DNA of 64,000 bases. Source: Paramoeba atlantica (Eukaryota; Protista; Discosea). Each line of letters opens with the position of its first letter. Position 1 is the first letter of the stretch. The position numbers were made by a program, and so were the translations under genes. This document shows positions 11,371 through 22,746 of the stretch, piece by piece. The stretch spans positions 62,001-126,000 of the forward strand of contig CDRNVI010000063.1 of assembly GCA_977017575.1 (NCBI GenBank), read 5' to 3'. The notes under the pieces are model-generated. The model saw only the letters and a list, made by a program, of their open reading frames with translations, was not told where the DNA came from and made no database searches.

Positions 11371-12042
11371 CTAATTTCCTTCATAATTTGGATGGAAACC
11401 ACTAATTTGAAACCGGTTTGTCCCCTGGAGCTCAATGACCCGTAAACCATTGGATAATTCGCAGAGATTAATTGTCCCTTCTAATTTATTATAAGAGATC
11501 CGAATGTCCTGTAGTGTTGGCGGAAGGTTTCGCAATGAGACTGTACCACTGAAGGAATTTGTGTGTAACCAAAGCATTCTTAATCCCACCGGTAGGTTTT
11601 CGAGGTGTAATTCCCCAGACAACATGTTTCGATGCAGAAACAACACAGTCAGTCTCATGGGCAATGAGGTAAAATCGACGTTCCGAATAAATGTGTTTCC
11701 TTCCAAGGATATAACTTGCAAGCAGTCCGCAAGAACATTTACTTCGACACTACCTCCAAGGAAATTCTCACTCATGTTTAGATGTCGAACACTCTCAGGA
11801 AGAAAAGACCAGGTAACGTTTCCGTGTAGTTGGAGATGATTCCATTCCAAATCAATTTGCTCTTCACGGCAGCTTACTCGATGCCAATTTCTTATTGGGT
11901 TAATTGTCTTCCAACTCGGGTGAGGATTTTCTATGTGTTGAATAAAAAAGAATAATTTTTCTTCCGGACTCTTACACACTGAACGCACTCTTCCAGGCCG
12001 AGACACCTTTGGATTCGTATCCACACTCTGGATGAAAAACAT
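11371..12042 (-). CDS. Leucine-rich repeat protein, member 2
   Basis: NPHPSW..W..V.C cap followed by LP..L..L.L..N.FSG repeats. Confidence 0.8.
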   Translation of the reverse strand: MFFIQSVDTNPKVSRPGRVRSVCKSPEEKLFFFIQHIENPHPSWKTINPIRNWHRVSCREEQIDLEWNHLQLHGNVTWSFLPESVRHLNMSENFLGGSVEVNVLADCLQVISLEGNTFIRNVDFTSLPMRLTVLFLHRNMLSGELHLENLPVGLRMLWLHTNSFSGTVSLRNLPPTLQDIRISYNKLEGTINLCELSNGLRVIELQGTNRFQISGFHPNYEGN

Positions 12043-12481
12043 TTTGGTTCCTAAAGAGAAAGTTTATATGTCACGATAGAGAGATACTATGCACAAAATT
12101 TCTATTATTCGTTTTTTAAAATATTGTCAGTCCGTGGACGAAAGCGCCAACGTTCGTTCCCCACGAAAGGGTAGCAGATGAACATGAAATGTAACAAGTG
12201 TATGTTCAATACATAAGCATTGTAACCGTTAAAAAACAAAAAAAAATTTCTTGCGAGAGAATGATTTATGCCCATTATAGTTGCAAAAGCTGCACTGCGC
12301 GGAAATATGTACCAGTTATCGTCCTAGTGAGTATTTAAACTATTGTTCTCAATCCGCAATTCAGACGTAGAACCTTTTTCTACTCATAGAAACAGAAAAA
12401 TGGTTTTGCGTGCACAGCTACTTCTGCCGCCCATTCGTTGAGAAAACACAAGCCTCATGCAATCCCAACGTTTCTATCCAC

Positions 12482-13231
12482 TCACACCGTAAGTGCCGCA
12501 ATAGCCTGCTGCGCTGCAGTAACATCTGGACTTTCGTCTAACAGCAAACGGCGTACAAAAGGGAGCTGATCGGTTAACGTAGTTTGCAGTCGGCGACGCA
12601 GTGTGTTATTACACACAACATGACCATTTTCAGCCCGTACCTGCACCCCTCCCCATTCTTCCTCTAAGAGCCTCCCAGCTCCTAGAACAAGCCCGTTTTC
12701 GGAGGATGAACCCACCCCATCTGATGAGGAAAGCATATCGCGATTTACGACCTCAATTGCTTGCTGCACTACACTACGATCAGCTTCTCTGCATACCACC
12801 TCCCCGGCTTTCACTTCTAACTTTTGAAGTGACTCATGGATTAGGTGGACCAAAAGCTGGAGATGTTCATTGGACGAGGATGAGGTGAGAGCGTCAACAC
12901 GTTGTCGTACCTTTTCCTGAATCCGACGTAGTAAGTGGTCTCGAGACCATAACTCCGCCAGGGCGGCATCTCTGCGCTTTTGTGAGTGTGCTACTTGTTG
13001 TTCAATAGTAAAATGCCGGGTCTTCTTTTCAAACTCTGCGCGAATCCGGGTCTTTGCTTTCTCAACAAGTTCTTGCTTTTCCATTTCATATTCTTCCTCA
13101 GCCTGGTGAGCGATTTCGGCCTCTTTCTCGCGCGCCTCAGCGTCAATAAAGGCAACCATGTTACGAATCGATTTATCCTCGTCTTGATGTTTTATGTCCT
13201 CTTTTGAAGAGGAAGAACGCAGCAAAGGCAT
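12482..13231 (-). CDS. VMA4: V-type ATPase subunit E
   Basis: IRNMVAFIDAEAREK.AEI...AEEEY.MEK..LV and GGVQV....G.VVCNNTL.RRL motifs. Confidence 0.9.
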   Translation of the reverse strand: MPLLRSSSSKEDIKHQDEDKSIRNMVAFIDAEAREKEAEIAHQAEEEYEMEKQELVEKAKTRIRAEFEKKTRHFTIEQQVAHSQKRRDAALAELWSRDHLLRRIQEKVRQRVDALTSSSSNEHLQLLVHLIHESLQKLEVKAGEVVCREADRSVVQQAIEVVNRDMLSSSDGVGSSSENGLVLGAGRLLEEEWGGVQVRAENGHVVCNNTLRRRLQTTLTDQLPFVRRLLLDESPDVTAAQQAIAALTV

Positions 13232-13729
13232 ATCGTACAACGACGAAAAGATAAAAGAATTCTGATATTATACTCGTATTCATTATTATTACTAGATTGT
13301 TTTAGAGTTGAGCAACTGGTATTGTAACAAAGTCTTCAAATCTGACTCAATTAGCTAGAAATCACCCAATTCGTAAACAAGTTTGCTTAATGATAGCCCA
13401 TAGCACTATGACATTGTTGCAAAAACCGAAATAGAATTGTTAAACGAGTAAAAAGTCTCTAATCCGAACACTTTACATAAAAGAGAATAATTAAATGAAT
13501 GCGCGCTTATTCTTTTGTTGCCAAATTATTGAACACACAATAGAATTGAAAAACTACAATAGCAAACGAAACATTATCAAAGAAATCTTAGTTTTTTCGC
13601 ATATCGCGTGAATCAAAGCAATAACCATTGAAAACACATCAATAGATTCTTAAACCCAATGTCAAAAACATTTTTACGCCCGCTTTTTTCTATCCCTTAC
13701 CCTTACTTCCTCACCGCACTCCCCTTCGC

Positions 13730-15415
13730 CTACTCACTCCCCTCTTTCCCACTCTTTTCCTGGATCTCCGACGACCCTGCTGTCCCCTCCACTCCTCTCT
13801 CCCCCTGTCCCCCACGGGAACCTCCCCACGTCCCACCACGGCCCATCCCCCCACCTCGGCGAGGGGCTCCTCCGAACCCTCGGAACCCCCCACCCCCGCC
13901 CCGAAACCCCCCACTCGCTCCAGGAGCGAACTTGTCCACGGCCTTTTCAATATCCACCCGCTTCCCCCGGAGGACCAGCCCGGTGGCCTGAATCTCGCTA
14001 ATACGACTAATCGGGTCGTCGAAATTCACAAACGCAAAAGTGCGGTTCATGGTGGCGGTGTTGTTCCGCAGCGCGGTGACCACCACATGGGGACGGAGCA
14101 GCTCCCGTAGCTCCTCGTCGGTACACTGCACCGGGAGGTTTTTAAGAATCGCACAAAAGTGCTGCTCCCCACCCCGAGGGCCCACAGAGGGGCGAGCTGA
14201 GCCACTCCCCACGCCCTGCTCATTGGAGGACCCTACAGCCCCACTGGGTGCCGTAGCCGCCCCAGGGGTTCCTTGCATCCCCTTCTTACCCCCCTCCTTG
14301 GTCTTTTCTTTACTACTCATCTCCTCTGGGGGAGTGCTCGTTTTACGACTCACCCCCACGGGAGGCTGTTGTTGTTGTTGTTGTTGTGGTTCCTGCAGTT
14401 GCTGCTGTACTCGAGCAGCACCCCCGGCAGCCCCACTCCCCCCCTTCCCCCCTCCCCCCACCCCTCTCCCCTCGGGCTGTCCTTTTCGTACCGCCGCGGC
14501 GTACGAGGAGACCGCAGCGGAGGACACGGCAGAGCCCGTGGAGGTCTCCCCCTCTCGCGGACTCGCACGAAAATCACGAGACGACTCGGGGGCTCGTGTG
14601 GAGGAGACCGAGGCCGAGGCCGAGCCCCTCACGCCCTCCACCCCCCCCTCCCCCCCTCCCTCCATCTCACTCCACCGCACACCAGCGGAGGGTGCAGAAG
14701 CCGTCTCCTCCTTTGTGGAGATCACGGATGGGAGAGGGGACAGCCCGGGCGCTCCCTCCCCTTTCGGGGACTCCCCTTTGCGGGGCTCCGAGGCGGGGCT
14801 CTCGGGGCGCGAGGCCGGGGAGAGCCCCGGGGGGGGAGTCCCCCCCCCCACCCCCCCCGTCGGGGGAAACTCCCGCATGGGCTCCGGGTTGTCCTCCCGT
14901 CCCCCCCGAGCGGGCAGCCCGGTCACCGCGTGGCTTGTGGGAACCATCACGACATGGGAGCTGTCGTGTTTGCTGTAGAGCCGTAGGCAGTCGTTGGCGA
15001 TAAGGAAGTTGTTCCTCGAGGTCGTGGGCTGCAGCAGGAAGGTCTGGACGAACCGGCAGGTGGAGCTGGGGAGCAGGAAGTAGCCCCCGACCTGGATCAG
15101 GACGGTGTGGGAGAGGGAGGGCATGACGTCGAGATGGGCCACCATGAGCTTCGCCCGGAGCTGCTGCTCCGCAATGGAACGGAGCTGCTGGGCAATTTGG
15201 CCGACCCCGCTGGCATCGGGGCCTTGCTCCGCACCGGCAAGTTTGTTGAGGACTTCTCCGTGGGAGAACACCGCGTGGGGGGCGTATAGACTAAGGAGGG
15301 AGTTCGGGTCGGAAAGGTAGCGTTGATAGTAGACTTTGACGAAAGAGGGACCGATGGATTTGTCAATGGCGGCAACGGGGGCGACGGCGGCCGCAGGGGG
15401 TGTGTTCGTAGACAT
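13730..15415 (-). CDS. NTF2-like + RRM + RGG protein (G3BP/Nxt3-like)
   Basis: IGPSFVKVYYQ NTF2 start, FVQTFLL..NNFLIANDCLR, RRM with RTFAFVNFDD, RGG tail. Confidence 0.85.
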   Translation of the reverse strand: MSTNTPPAAAVAPVAAIDKSIGPSFVKVYYQRYLSDPNSLLSLYAPHAVFSHGEVLNKLAGAEQGPDASGVGQIAQQLRSIAEQQLRAKLMVAHLDVMPSLSHTVLIQVGGYFLLPSSTCRFVQTFLLQPTTSRNNFLIANDCLRLYSKHDSSHVVMVPTSHAVTGLPARGGREDNPEPMREFPPTGGVGGGTPPPGLSPASRPESPASEPRKGESPKGEGAPGLSPLPSVISTKEETASAPSAGVRWSEMEGGGEGGVEGVRGSASASVSSTRAPESSRDFRASPREGETSTGSAVSSAAVSSYAAAVRKGQPEGRGVGGGGKGGSGAAGGAARVQQQLQEPQQQQQQQPPVGVSRKTSTPPEEMSSKEKTKEGGKKGMQGTPGAATAPSGAVGSSNEQGVGSGSARPSVGPRGGEQHFCAILKNLPVQCTDEELRELLRPHVVVTALRNNTATMNRTFAFVNFDDPISRISEIQATGLVLRGKRVDIEKAVDKFAPGASGGFRGGGGGFRGFGGAPRRGGGMGRGGTWGGSRGGQGERGVEGTAGSSEIQEKSGKEGSE

Positions 15416-15767
15416 CGTAGGAAGATCAGGAAGAGTGGAAGGAATAAAGCGGAAATATAGATTTCGTATGAATGTAATCAAAAAATAAGAAATACTGATG
15501 TTGCCGTTTTGCACGAGAAAGGAGTACAAAAACAGTAGAAAACAAGTGGCATAATGCAACGTGATATTCTGTTATGTAGGAATTCCTACATAACAGAAGA
15601 TTTTGTTGTAGACACAGCACGAATGATATTCTGAGAGCTATGAGTCTCAGTTTTGTTAAGTAACTTGACACGTACAACCTACTCACATTGATACGAAAAA
15701 ATTGCGTGCGTATGATTGTGGACAGTGATCGCTGTGGTGAAAGCGTGAAGTAGAGTCCCTGAGGCTA

Positions 15768-16550
15768 TTATTCCTTTACTAATACTCGTGTCCCCATAAC
15801 GCTAAGAACTTGCAAATTGTGTGGAAAACTGGACTTTTGCAGGACGCCATAAAGTTCGGCGTTCCCTTCCAGCCATAGCGATTCTAAACCCAGAGAATAT
15901 CCATCCAATGGAACTAATGCATCAAAGCTGTTGTTGCTTAAATTCAAATGCACTAACGACGCGGGTATATGTCGTAGATCGATAAGCCCCGTGAATCGGT
16001 TATTTCCTAAGCGGAGATACTCTATACGCTCTGGTAAGCTATCAAGTACGATGCTCCCCGAAAATCTGTTATTGCCCAGAGCTAGAAATACCATCTTCGG
16101 GGGAAGACAACTTAAATCTGCGTTTCCTTCAAGTCTATTGCATGCAACTGAAATTTTTTCTATTGACTGCGGTAAGTGTTGTAAAATAAACTCCCCGGTG
16201 AAGGAGTTCCCTACAAGATTCATATGCATCAATTGTGCCGGTAGTACATGGAGGCACACCGATCCCGTAAGTTTGTTCCGTGGAATGACAAGCCCAGTTA
16301 CTGTTCTTGGTAACGAGTTCCACCGTAATGCTCCTGAAAGCATTCTTTTTTTCCAATCAATGTCCGTCACATGCCTTCCATCTTCACAAATAACACCGTC
16401 CCACTCACATGCCGCGATAGATGTGTTCCATGATGGATGTGGATTCTTGATGTCTGAAATTAATCGTGCAAGTTCGTATTCTTGTGGCAGGCTTGCTCCT
16501 CTAACTTTTGCAGCTCGTTGATATTGTAGGTTTGCATCTGTAATATTCAT
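15768..16550 (-). CDS. Leucine-rich repeat protein, member 3
   Basis: RAAKVRGASLPQEYELARL..NPHPSW..ACEWDGVIC plus about 7 LRRs. Confidence 0.85.
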   Translation of the reverse strand: MNITDANLQYQRAAKVRGASLPQEYELARLISDIKNPHPSWNTSIAACEWDGVICEDGRHVTDIDWKKRMLSGALRWNSLPRTVTGLVIPRNKLTGSVCLHVLPAQLMHMNLVGNSFTGEFILQHLPQSIEKISVACNRLEGNADLSCLPPKMVFLALGNNRFSGSIVLDSLPERIEYLRLGNNRFTGLIDLRHIPASLVHLNLSNNSFDALVPLDGYSLGLESLWLEGNAELYGVLQKSSFPHNLQVLSVMGTRVLVKE

Positions 16551-16779
16551 TATGGAAGAAACAATGAAGAAACAACACTGTCCATTACATTGTAATGACC
16601 GTCTAACGATACACTACCAAATATGATATTGTATGAAAAAGTAGTCTTTGTTATTAACTCTAGAAACCAGTTAGTTTCTTTTTACGATACGTCATTGAGC
16701 GTGTTTCTTTGAACTTACCAAATCTAGAGTTACTCAGCCTTGCTGCAATAGGAACTCTTACACATTGCAGAAGTATAGT

Positions 16780-17382
16780 TTAGCTTGGCTCACACTGTAT
16801 TATAGTCTGTGAAACGCAAAATTTACCTCGTTTCAACAGCTGTGGAGGAAGGAGCTCCTTGCGAAACACACCGCACAGCTCTGCATTTCGTGATAAGCTG
16901 AAAAATTTCAATGTCACGGGAAGCGCATTTAGCGCCACCTCACCAGACAGGTTATTGCTGCATAGGTTGAGCCATTCTATTGTATGTGGTAAATCAGTAA
17001 GGTTCAGGGTCCCGGAAAATTCATTGTAGCTGCCGTTCAATCGCTCGAGTTTGCGCGAGAGGTGCTCAATTGTTACTTGACCATTAAATATGTTGTCATA
17101 GAGATGTAGCTGCACTACCGACGTGGGAAGATAAATCCAACTCAGCTCACCACGCAGCATATTTGCAATCAAATTAATGGATATTGCCTCCTGGGCTTCA
17201 TTGCATTTAATACCATCCCATAGGCAAGCCGTTATATTCGTATTCCATGAAGGAAAAGGATTTTCAATCCCTTGTAAAAAACGTGCAAGTGCGTATTCCA
17301 CTGGCAAGTCAGCCCTTGTCTTCCCTAAACGGGTACTACAATCAGCAGAGTGAAAAGCAGCAGAGTGAAAATTAACTATCAT
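16780..17382 (-). CDS. Leucine-rich repeat protein, member 4
   Basis: LPVEYALARF..NPFPSW..ACLWDGIKC plus LRRs; start codon uncertain. Confidence 0.8.
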   Translation of the reverse strand: MIVNFHSAAFHSADCSTRLGKTRADLPVEYALARFLQGIENPFPSWNTNITACLWDGIKCNEAQEAISINLIANMLRGELSWIYLPTSVVQLHLYDNIFNGQVTIEHLSRKLERLNGSYNEFSGTLNLTDLPHTIEWLNLCSNNLSGEVALNALPVTLKFFSLSRNAELCGVFRKELLPPQLLKRGKFCVSQTIIQCEPS

Positions 17383-17657
17383 GATTGTTAAGTTACAATG
17401 ATTATTATAAGATCTGATAGATAGTGTTACAAATGCTACTTTACATTGCTCGAGAAAGTAATCAACATTAACGGAAGGGCAAGTAGAAATTACTCGCTTT
17501 ATCATTGTCAGAGGTAAAAAAATAGAGATAGAAATTATGCGACACAATAGAAACATTCCTTCCCGAGAAACTTGAACAATATTTCCAATTAATAAGCGAA
17601 TCGAATAGAAAACAAAAAAGTTATTATGTCACCATGCACGATAAAAGGCAAAAAACG

Positions 17658-18332
17658 TTATTTCCTACTGTGCTTTCGCTTTTTGTTTGTAAATTTCTTT
17701 TTTCTTTTGGACGTTTTAGTTTTATCCTTTCGTTGCCTGCCTTTTTTCTTTGCATCATCAAAATATCGATCCATATTGAACTCACTCTCGTCTCCCCCCA
17801 TTGCTTTCCATTTTTTCGCATCCTTTTTCGCCGCATGAAGGGAAACAGTTAAATTTCGTTTGCCTTGCTGGGCCTGTTTAGCTTGAGTGTCTTTGGTTTG
17901 CTTGTGGAACTTCTTTTGCTTTCTTCGCTCACGACGTTGGGCTCGCAGTAAAATCTCCTGCTTGTTTTTCTGAATATGGTCTTTGATTCTCGACATGTGT
18001 GCATCACCTTTCACCATTTCGGCGTAGAAATCCTTCGGGCGCTGCCATTTGATTCCCAAAGCATCGAGTTTGCGAATGCCCTCTTGAACACTTGCAGCAG
18101 CATGAGCTTGAAAAGCACGTTCACGAACCGGATCATCGTCTCTTGCGGTCAATGGTAAAGATAATGATTGAGAAGCAAATACTGTCATTCGTTCCAACCA
18201 AGCGGAAGGCTCCTTCGTTGCAATGCAGTGGGGTGTATGTGACGGGGATACATCCTTTGAGGGGGTGGACTCTGCGGCATCCACAGTTGTGTCTTTCGAT
18301 TTCACAGACTCGTACCTGGATATCAAAGGCAT
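17658..18332 (-). CDS. EBP2: rRNA-processing protein EBP2
   Basis: DDDPVRERAF..A...V..GI..L..LGI.W.RPKDFYAEMVKGDAHM.RIK; basic C-terminus. Confidence 0.85.
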   Translation of the reverse strand: MPLISRYESVKSKDTTVDAAESTPSKDVSPSHTPHCIATKEPSAWLERMTVFASQSLSLPLTARDDDPVRERAFQAHAAASVQEGIRKLDALGIKWQRPKDFYAEMVKGDAHMSRIKDHIQKNKQEILLRAQRRERRKQKKFHKQTKDTQAKQAQQGKRNLTVSLHAAKKDAKKWKAMGGDESEFNMDRYFDDAKKKGRQRKDKTKTSKRKKKFTNKKRKHSRK

Positions 18333-18979
18333 TGAGAAAGATGTACAAAATTTTTCGTAGTATAGAAAATGATGGCTGCAACAACTGTCCCGCAATATCC
18401 ATGTCAATACTTTGCATAATATCGAGACTACAGGGAACAAATATTTCAACAACCCAGAAGACCACTTTTACAATAACAATTAAAGGATTTCTTTCACCGG
18501 TATTAGTGATCTAAATCTACTGTAGTGTCTTCGTTTGGCGATAAATGGGAGCAATTCAAGCTCATGTCAGGTGTGAATTTTTTTATAGTCTACGTCGAAT
18601 TGGCGTGCCGTGAGAACAACAATATCGTTTTTGTAATTGGCCCGTTTACGGAAAGCAACATTCAATGTTGTTTTCCTCCGAAAAAGTGACAGTTTTTAGG
18701 AGTACTCGCTTATTTCATTTCGGTAACGCATGGTACTACTACAACAGTTTCATGGCTGCACAACAAAGTACGTCATGCAAGATCATCGATCGATATATTT
18801 CCGCTTTGATAGGGCAACCTTTCGAGCCAATAAAAACACTGACTCATAAGGATTACAAGATCCCGCATTCTTTCCTTCCCCATCTCACAAAAACTGTGCC
18901 TAGAACGGGCACCCCAGAAACAGACATCCTGACCCGATTCTCCGATCCCATCGCGGCTACCTCACTCCCCCGCACCCTC

Positions 18980-20371
18980 CTAGCACATCTCCTGCGTACT
19001 CGCGCCGTCCCCAAAATGGGCCGAGGACCGCGGAGGGCTCTCCCCCGGGGTGTTCCAGAACCGCTGCACCCCCGTCGCCTCCTTCATCTTCCGAAGCGTG
19101 AACGTGTCCCCGCCCCCTGCCTGGTACGCCAGATGGTGCAACGTGGACTCCCGCTCCGGGGTCTCCCCCTCATCATGAATATCACTCACCCGCATCTTGC
19201 CCCGTTTCGAGAGCACCGCAATCCCGCGCTCCGCTTGGGTCGTGTTCCGCTCCGGGGGGTACAGCCACTTCTCCAGTACCGTCGGGGCGCGTGATTTATG
19301 GGGCGGGGGGACATCAATATCCGAGCGTCTCGCAAAGTACTTAAACCCCTTCGGGAGCCACCCGCCGTAGAGTTTCATTTTACGCTCCTTGGAGAGGGTA
19401 GCGCCTTTGTCTTGAAACGTCCACGCGGTGCCGTTCTCCAGCGCGTCGAGGTAATCCACAGCGGCCCGGGCATGGAGACCGTGGGCGGTGGGATCGTTAA
19501 GGGGATCGGAGAGCTCATGGTAGGCTTCCGTGACCCGGGCGCGTTGGGCAGAGGCCAGGGTAGAGGGCGTGGGGTGCACCACCTCATGACGGACGTCACA
19601 GGAACGCGCGTTAAACGGGTAAAGATGCATTTTAATCTCATCGTAGTCCGCGGAGAGGGGCCCGGAGCGGTGTCCGGCGTTTTGGATACGGTCACACTCC
19701 CGGCGAAGGAAGCCGAGAAAGCGTGAAAAGACGGGAAAGCCTTCGTCTGCCGTTCCAAATTTCGACATGGTGAGGAGTACGGGGCGTTTGCGAAAAAGAA
19801 GTCGCGCGGCTTGTTTGGCTTTGCATTGCATGTGGAAGTCCAGGGTGCTTCCTTTGAAGGAAATGACAAACGCCTCGCGGAACGCGCGGGGACTCTCGTT
19901 GGTTTCTTCCTGATTTACCGCAATCAAGGCATCACTCACACCGTCCCGGATTTCACAAATGTGGGTGTGATCGGACACATTCTTGCCCATCGGCTTAGAC
20001 ATCTTACTTACGAGATCCATCCCAGCATCCCGAGCAAGCTGAATACCCTCTCGTAGAGAACACTCGATCGGGGGCAAGAGCGGCAACATGCCGCCTGTCT
20101 CATTCTTCTGCAGTCCCACTATTTGAACTTTGTTGGAACGAATGTGATGGTTGTGAGGTTGCAGCCCCGTGCATCTCATATACGACATAGTGTCCTTTGC
20201 GGTGCTATCACGGTGACGAGGGGGGCAATAATCCAGCGGGTTAATGCGTAAGCACTCAACGGCATTTTTTTCTGCGGTTGAAAGCAGCGATTGAGATTCC
20301 GCCTCAACGGCATCTAACGCTTCAGCACCAAGAAAAGTGGAAGTGAGACAACGAGTAGAGTAGCGAATCAT
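18980..20371 (-). CDS. Mitochondrial translation initiation factor 3-like protein with long C-terminal extension
   Basis: IF3-N-like VQIVG..EGIQLARDAGMDLV..ICEIRD and IF3-C-like ISFKG...FHMQCKAKQAARLL...PVLLTM; basic N-terminal presequence. Confidence 0.6.
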   Translation of the reverse strand: MIRYSTRCLTSTFLGAEALDAVEAESQSLLSTAEKNAVECLRINPLDYCPPRHRDSTAKDTMSYMRCTGLQPHNHHIRSNKVQIVGLQKNETGGMLPLLPPIECSLREGIQLARDAGMDLVSKMSKPMGKNVSDHTHICEIRDGVSDALIAVNQEETNESPRAFREAFVISFKGSTLDFHMQCKAKQAARLLFRKRPVLLTMSKFGTADEGFPVFSRFLGFLRRECDRIQNAGHRSGPLSADYDEIKMHLYPFNARSCDVRHEVVHPTPSTLASAQRARVTEAYHELSDPLNDPTAHGLHARAAVDYLDALENGTAWTFQDKGATLSKERKMKLYGGWLPKGFKYFARRSDIDVPPPHKSRAPTVLEKWLYPPERNTTQAERGIAVLSKRGKMRVSDIHDEGETPERESTLHHLAYQAGGGDTFTLRKMKEATGVQRFWNTPGESPPRSSAHFGDGASTQEMC

Positions 20372-20559
20372 CGACGACGAAAAATAAAGCTAATAAAAAA
20401 ATATGCAGCCACTGTACCAAGATGAAATACTAAGATGAATAAATTGTAACTGTTAGCAACGAAGAACAGATATCGGTTTTGTAACCATATTTCGTGCAAA
20501 CAATTTTCAACTGTGTTTTTATACTGCATCTTGGGTGTTTATCGTTTTACGTAACTAAG

Positions 20560-20920
20560 AGGGTTGAAACCTATGAAAGGCAAAACCTGGCAAAATCAGC
20601 ATATTCCTCATTGAGGTGGCGAAGAAAAGTACCTTGTCAAAATTAGTGAAGAACATACTTGGTCTCCATCGTGCGCTGCAAAACATTTTTTGCGCCACAA
20701 AAAATGAAAATTGTGAAAAAATTATTTTTCGAAATAAACCCCCAGAAGGGGTAGCCGAGGTCTTGGCGCACATTTTCCACCCCTGTACTCGGGGACGACG
20801 CCCCCTGGTATCAACAGGACGGGGCCGCCGAGTTCGGTTTTTTCTGAAAAGAAAATTGAAAAAGTCAACTTGGCGAAAAATATGGCTTAAAAAATAGTTT
20901 TTCAAAATCGTTTCACCTAT
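20560..20920 (+). mobile_element. Internal fragment of the hairpin-ended element (copy C, interior type 2)
   Basis: Similar to the reverse complement of 31350-31640 (CTTGGCGC.CATTTTCCACCCC, TCAACTTGGCGAAAAA, AAATCGTTTC.CCTAT). Confidence 0.6.
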
Positions 20921-21780
20921 CATAGCTTGGACTAGTAAACTAGCAATTACTAAAAGTAGTAAACAGGATAGTAATTACTAAAGTTACTACTTTTTTGGTC
21001 ACTTACTTTTGTTCAGATTTAGGTCACATGTTAAGCTTTGGAAGAGCCCTACTTTTCAGAAACGGTATCCTTATCGTTGTGGAGACTGGATGTCACCATC
21101 CTCCATTTCCAATATTGCTTCTTCCTCTACGAGGGCGAGGAGAATCCTGGTCAACGCATTTTCCGCGTTAACCGCTATTGGTGTCGGAGTGGTTTCCAGT
21201 CTCTCCATTACGGCGGCCGACTACTACTACTACCGATATGCAGAACATGACTCTCCCTTTGACGGACGAAGGAATAATCCGATATATTTCCCAACTCAAG
21301 GCTTCCATCCAAACGAAACTGACGTAGATGAAATATTCTATAGCAGTATTGCGCAGACTGGATATCCCCACGCGGCAATCCCGGATGTACGTCAAAACAT
21401 TGATACGGAATTTCCGCCACGTTTCGCCGCCTTCTTTCGTCCCCGCTTCCCCAGCCCTTCTTCGTCCCCACAGTCGCCGTCCTCTTCCCCGTCCCCTTGT
21501 GTGGAGCTGCCCGGTGTCAGCAAAACAAGACGCCAAGAAACTAGGGTAAGCTAGGGTAAACTAACTAAGGGTAAACTAGGGTAACTAAGAAACTAGGAAG
21601 GGCACTGGTCGAGCTCCATTGTGAGCCCCGCTGGTGAGAGGGCCTCGCAAGCTCCACACACCGTAGCGTGAGTCATCCCTGGTGGTGGAACAGAATATAA
21701 CGACTGTTCCACTACTTCTTTGCCCTATTATGCGAATTGAAGTCACGAATGACGGGTCAGGCCACGTAACCTGACAGGTA

Positions 21781-22420
21781 TTGCTCGTCTATCTGCGAGT
21801 GCGGCATCCCTCTGGGAAAGTCTGCGCGCGACTGACAGCCAGTCATGGCCTCGCCCCATCCACGACGTTCGGGCATGCACGCAATCTGCAGATTGTGTTT
21901 CAATTCAGCCAAAAAGATGCAGTATCAATTCGTCTGTATGCCAAAGCACTTCAAGCGAAAGGCGCATTGAAGCCAACGCGGCAGATGATTCCCGTTACCC
22001 CAGTACAAGTCAAGGAACTCCGCCAACGGGTAACCCTATGCGAATCAATCACAATTCTTCTGTGTTGGAAGGCAGCGGCCAGATGGACGGAAACAGCTCA
22101 GCTCACCAAAGATCGCTTCGTAAAGGTCTCATCCACCGCGGTGATAGTGTATTGGGGAAGGAATACAAAGTCCATGAGACTAAATCCGTACCGCTTGTCG
22201 ACGTGCATGACAATAACAGGAACAGGAACGGAAGAGATAGCACAGTATATTCTAACGATGCGAAGTGGCCAAGTCTTGACAAATACAACCGTCAGGGAAA
22301 TGGATCAGGTCATAGGGGAAATTTTGGGTCCGGGTTACGGAACTCACTCCATCAAGAGGGGAGCGGTGACGTACCTGTTTCGACGTACCTATTTCTTTCG
22401 TAGCAAAAAAAGATATAATA
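21781..22420 (+). pseudogene. Tyrosine recombinase of a DIRS/VIPER/TATE-type retroelement, truncated
   Basis: Catalytic motifs AAARW (R), RNTKS (K), THSIKRGA (H-x-x-R); the C-terminal His/Tyr region is replaced by unrelated sequence. Confidence 0.75.
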
Positions 22421-22423
22421 CTC

Positions 22424-22659
22424 ATATCCCTTAATGGCGAAACAATCGAACAAGTAGAATCCCTCACATACTTGGGATCAATAATCAACGAGAATATCAC
22501 CCTCCAAAGTGAAATATCAAACAGAATACGGTGCGCGATGGGGAAACTGACGTCTTTGCAACCTATATGGAAAAACGAATCTTTACCAAATCTGATATCC
22601 TGAAACTGAACACGACATACATGCAAATGATTAGGCGGGCACTCAAACTCCCTTGGATT

Positions 22660-22668
<9 letters not shown>
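22424..22668 (+). mobile_element. Non-LTR retrotransposon RT-thumb fragment (RTE/ingi-like) with an internal deletion
   Basis: Translates ISLNGETIEQVESLTYLGSII...EISNRIRCA...LQPIWK, then after a frame change TKSDILKL....IRRALKLPWIKDR. Confidence 0.7.

Positions 22669-22746
<78 letters not shown>
22663..22746 (+). repeat. (GATA)21 microsatellite
   Basis: Perfect 84-bp GATA array beginning at the GATAGA (DR) codons of the LINE fragment. Confidence 0.95.

Noticed and set aside
3665-15320. Many antisense and alternative-frame ORFs over GC-rich genes
   Set aside because: Shadow ORFs expected from high GC content.
21009-21554. 181-codon plus-strand ORF
   Set aside because: Opposite to the gene cluster, no recognisable motif, lies in transposon debris.
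21541-21597. CTAGGGTAA repeats next to the tyrosine recombinase, suggesting a telomeric target as for TATE
   Set aside because: Not a TTAGGG array, only a few irregular units.
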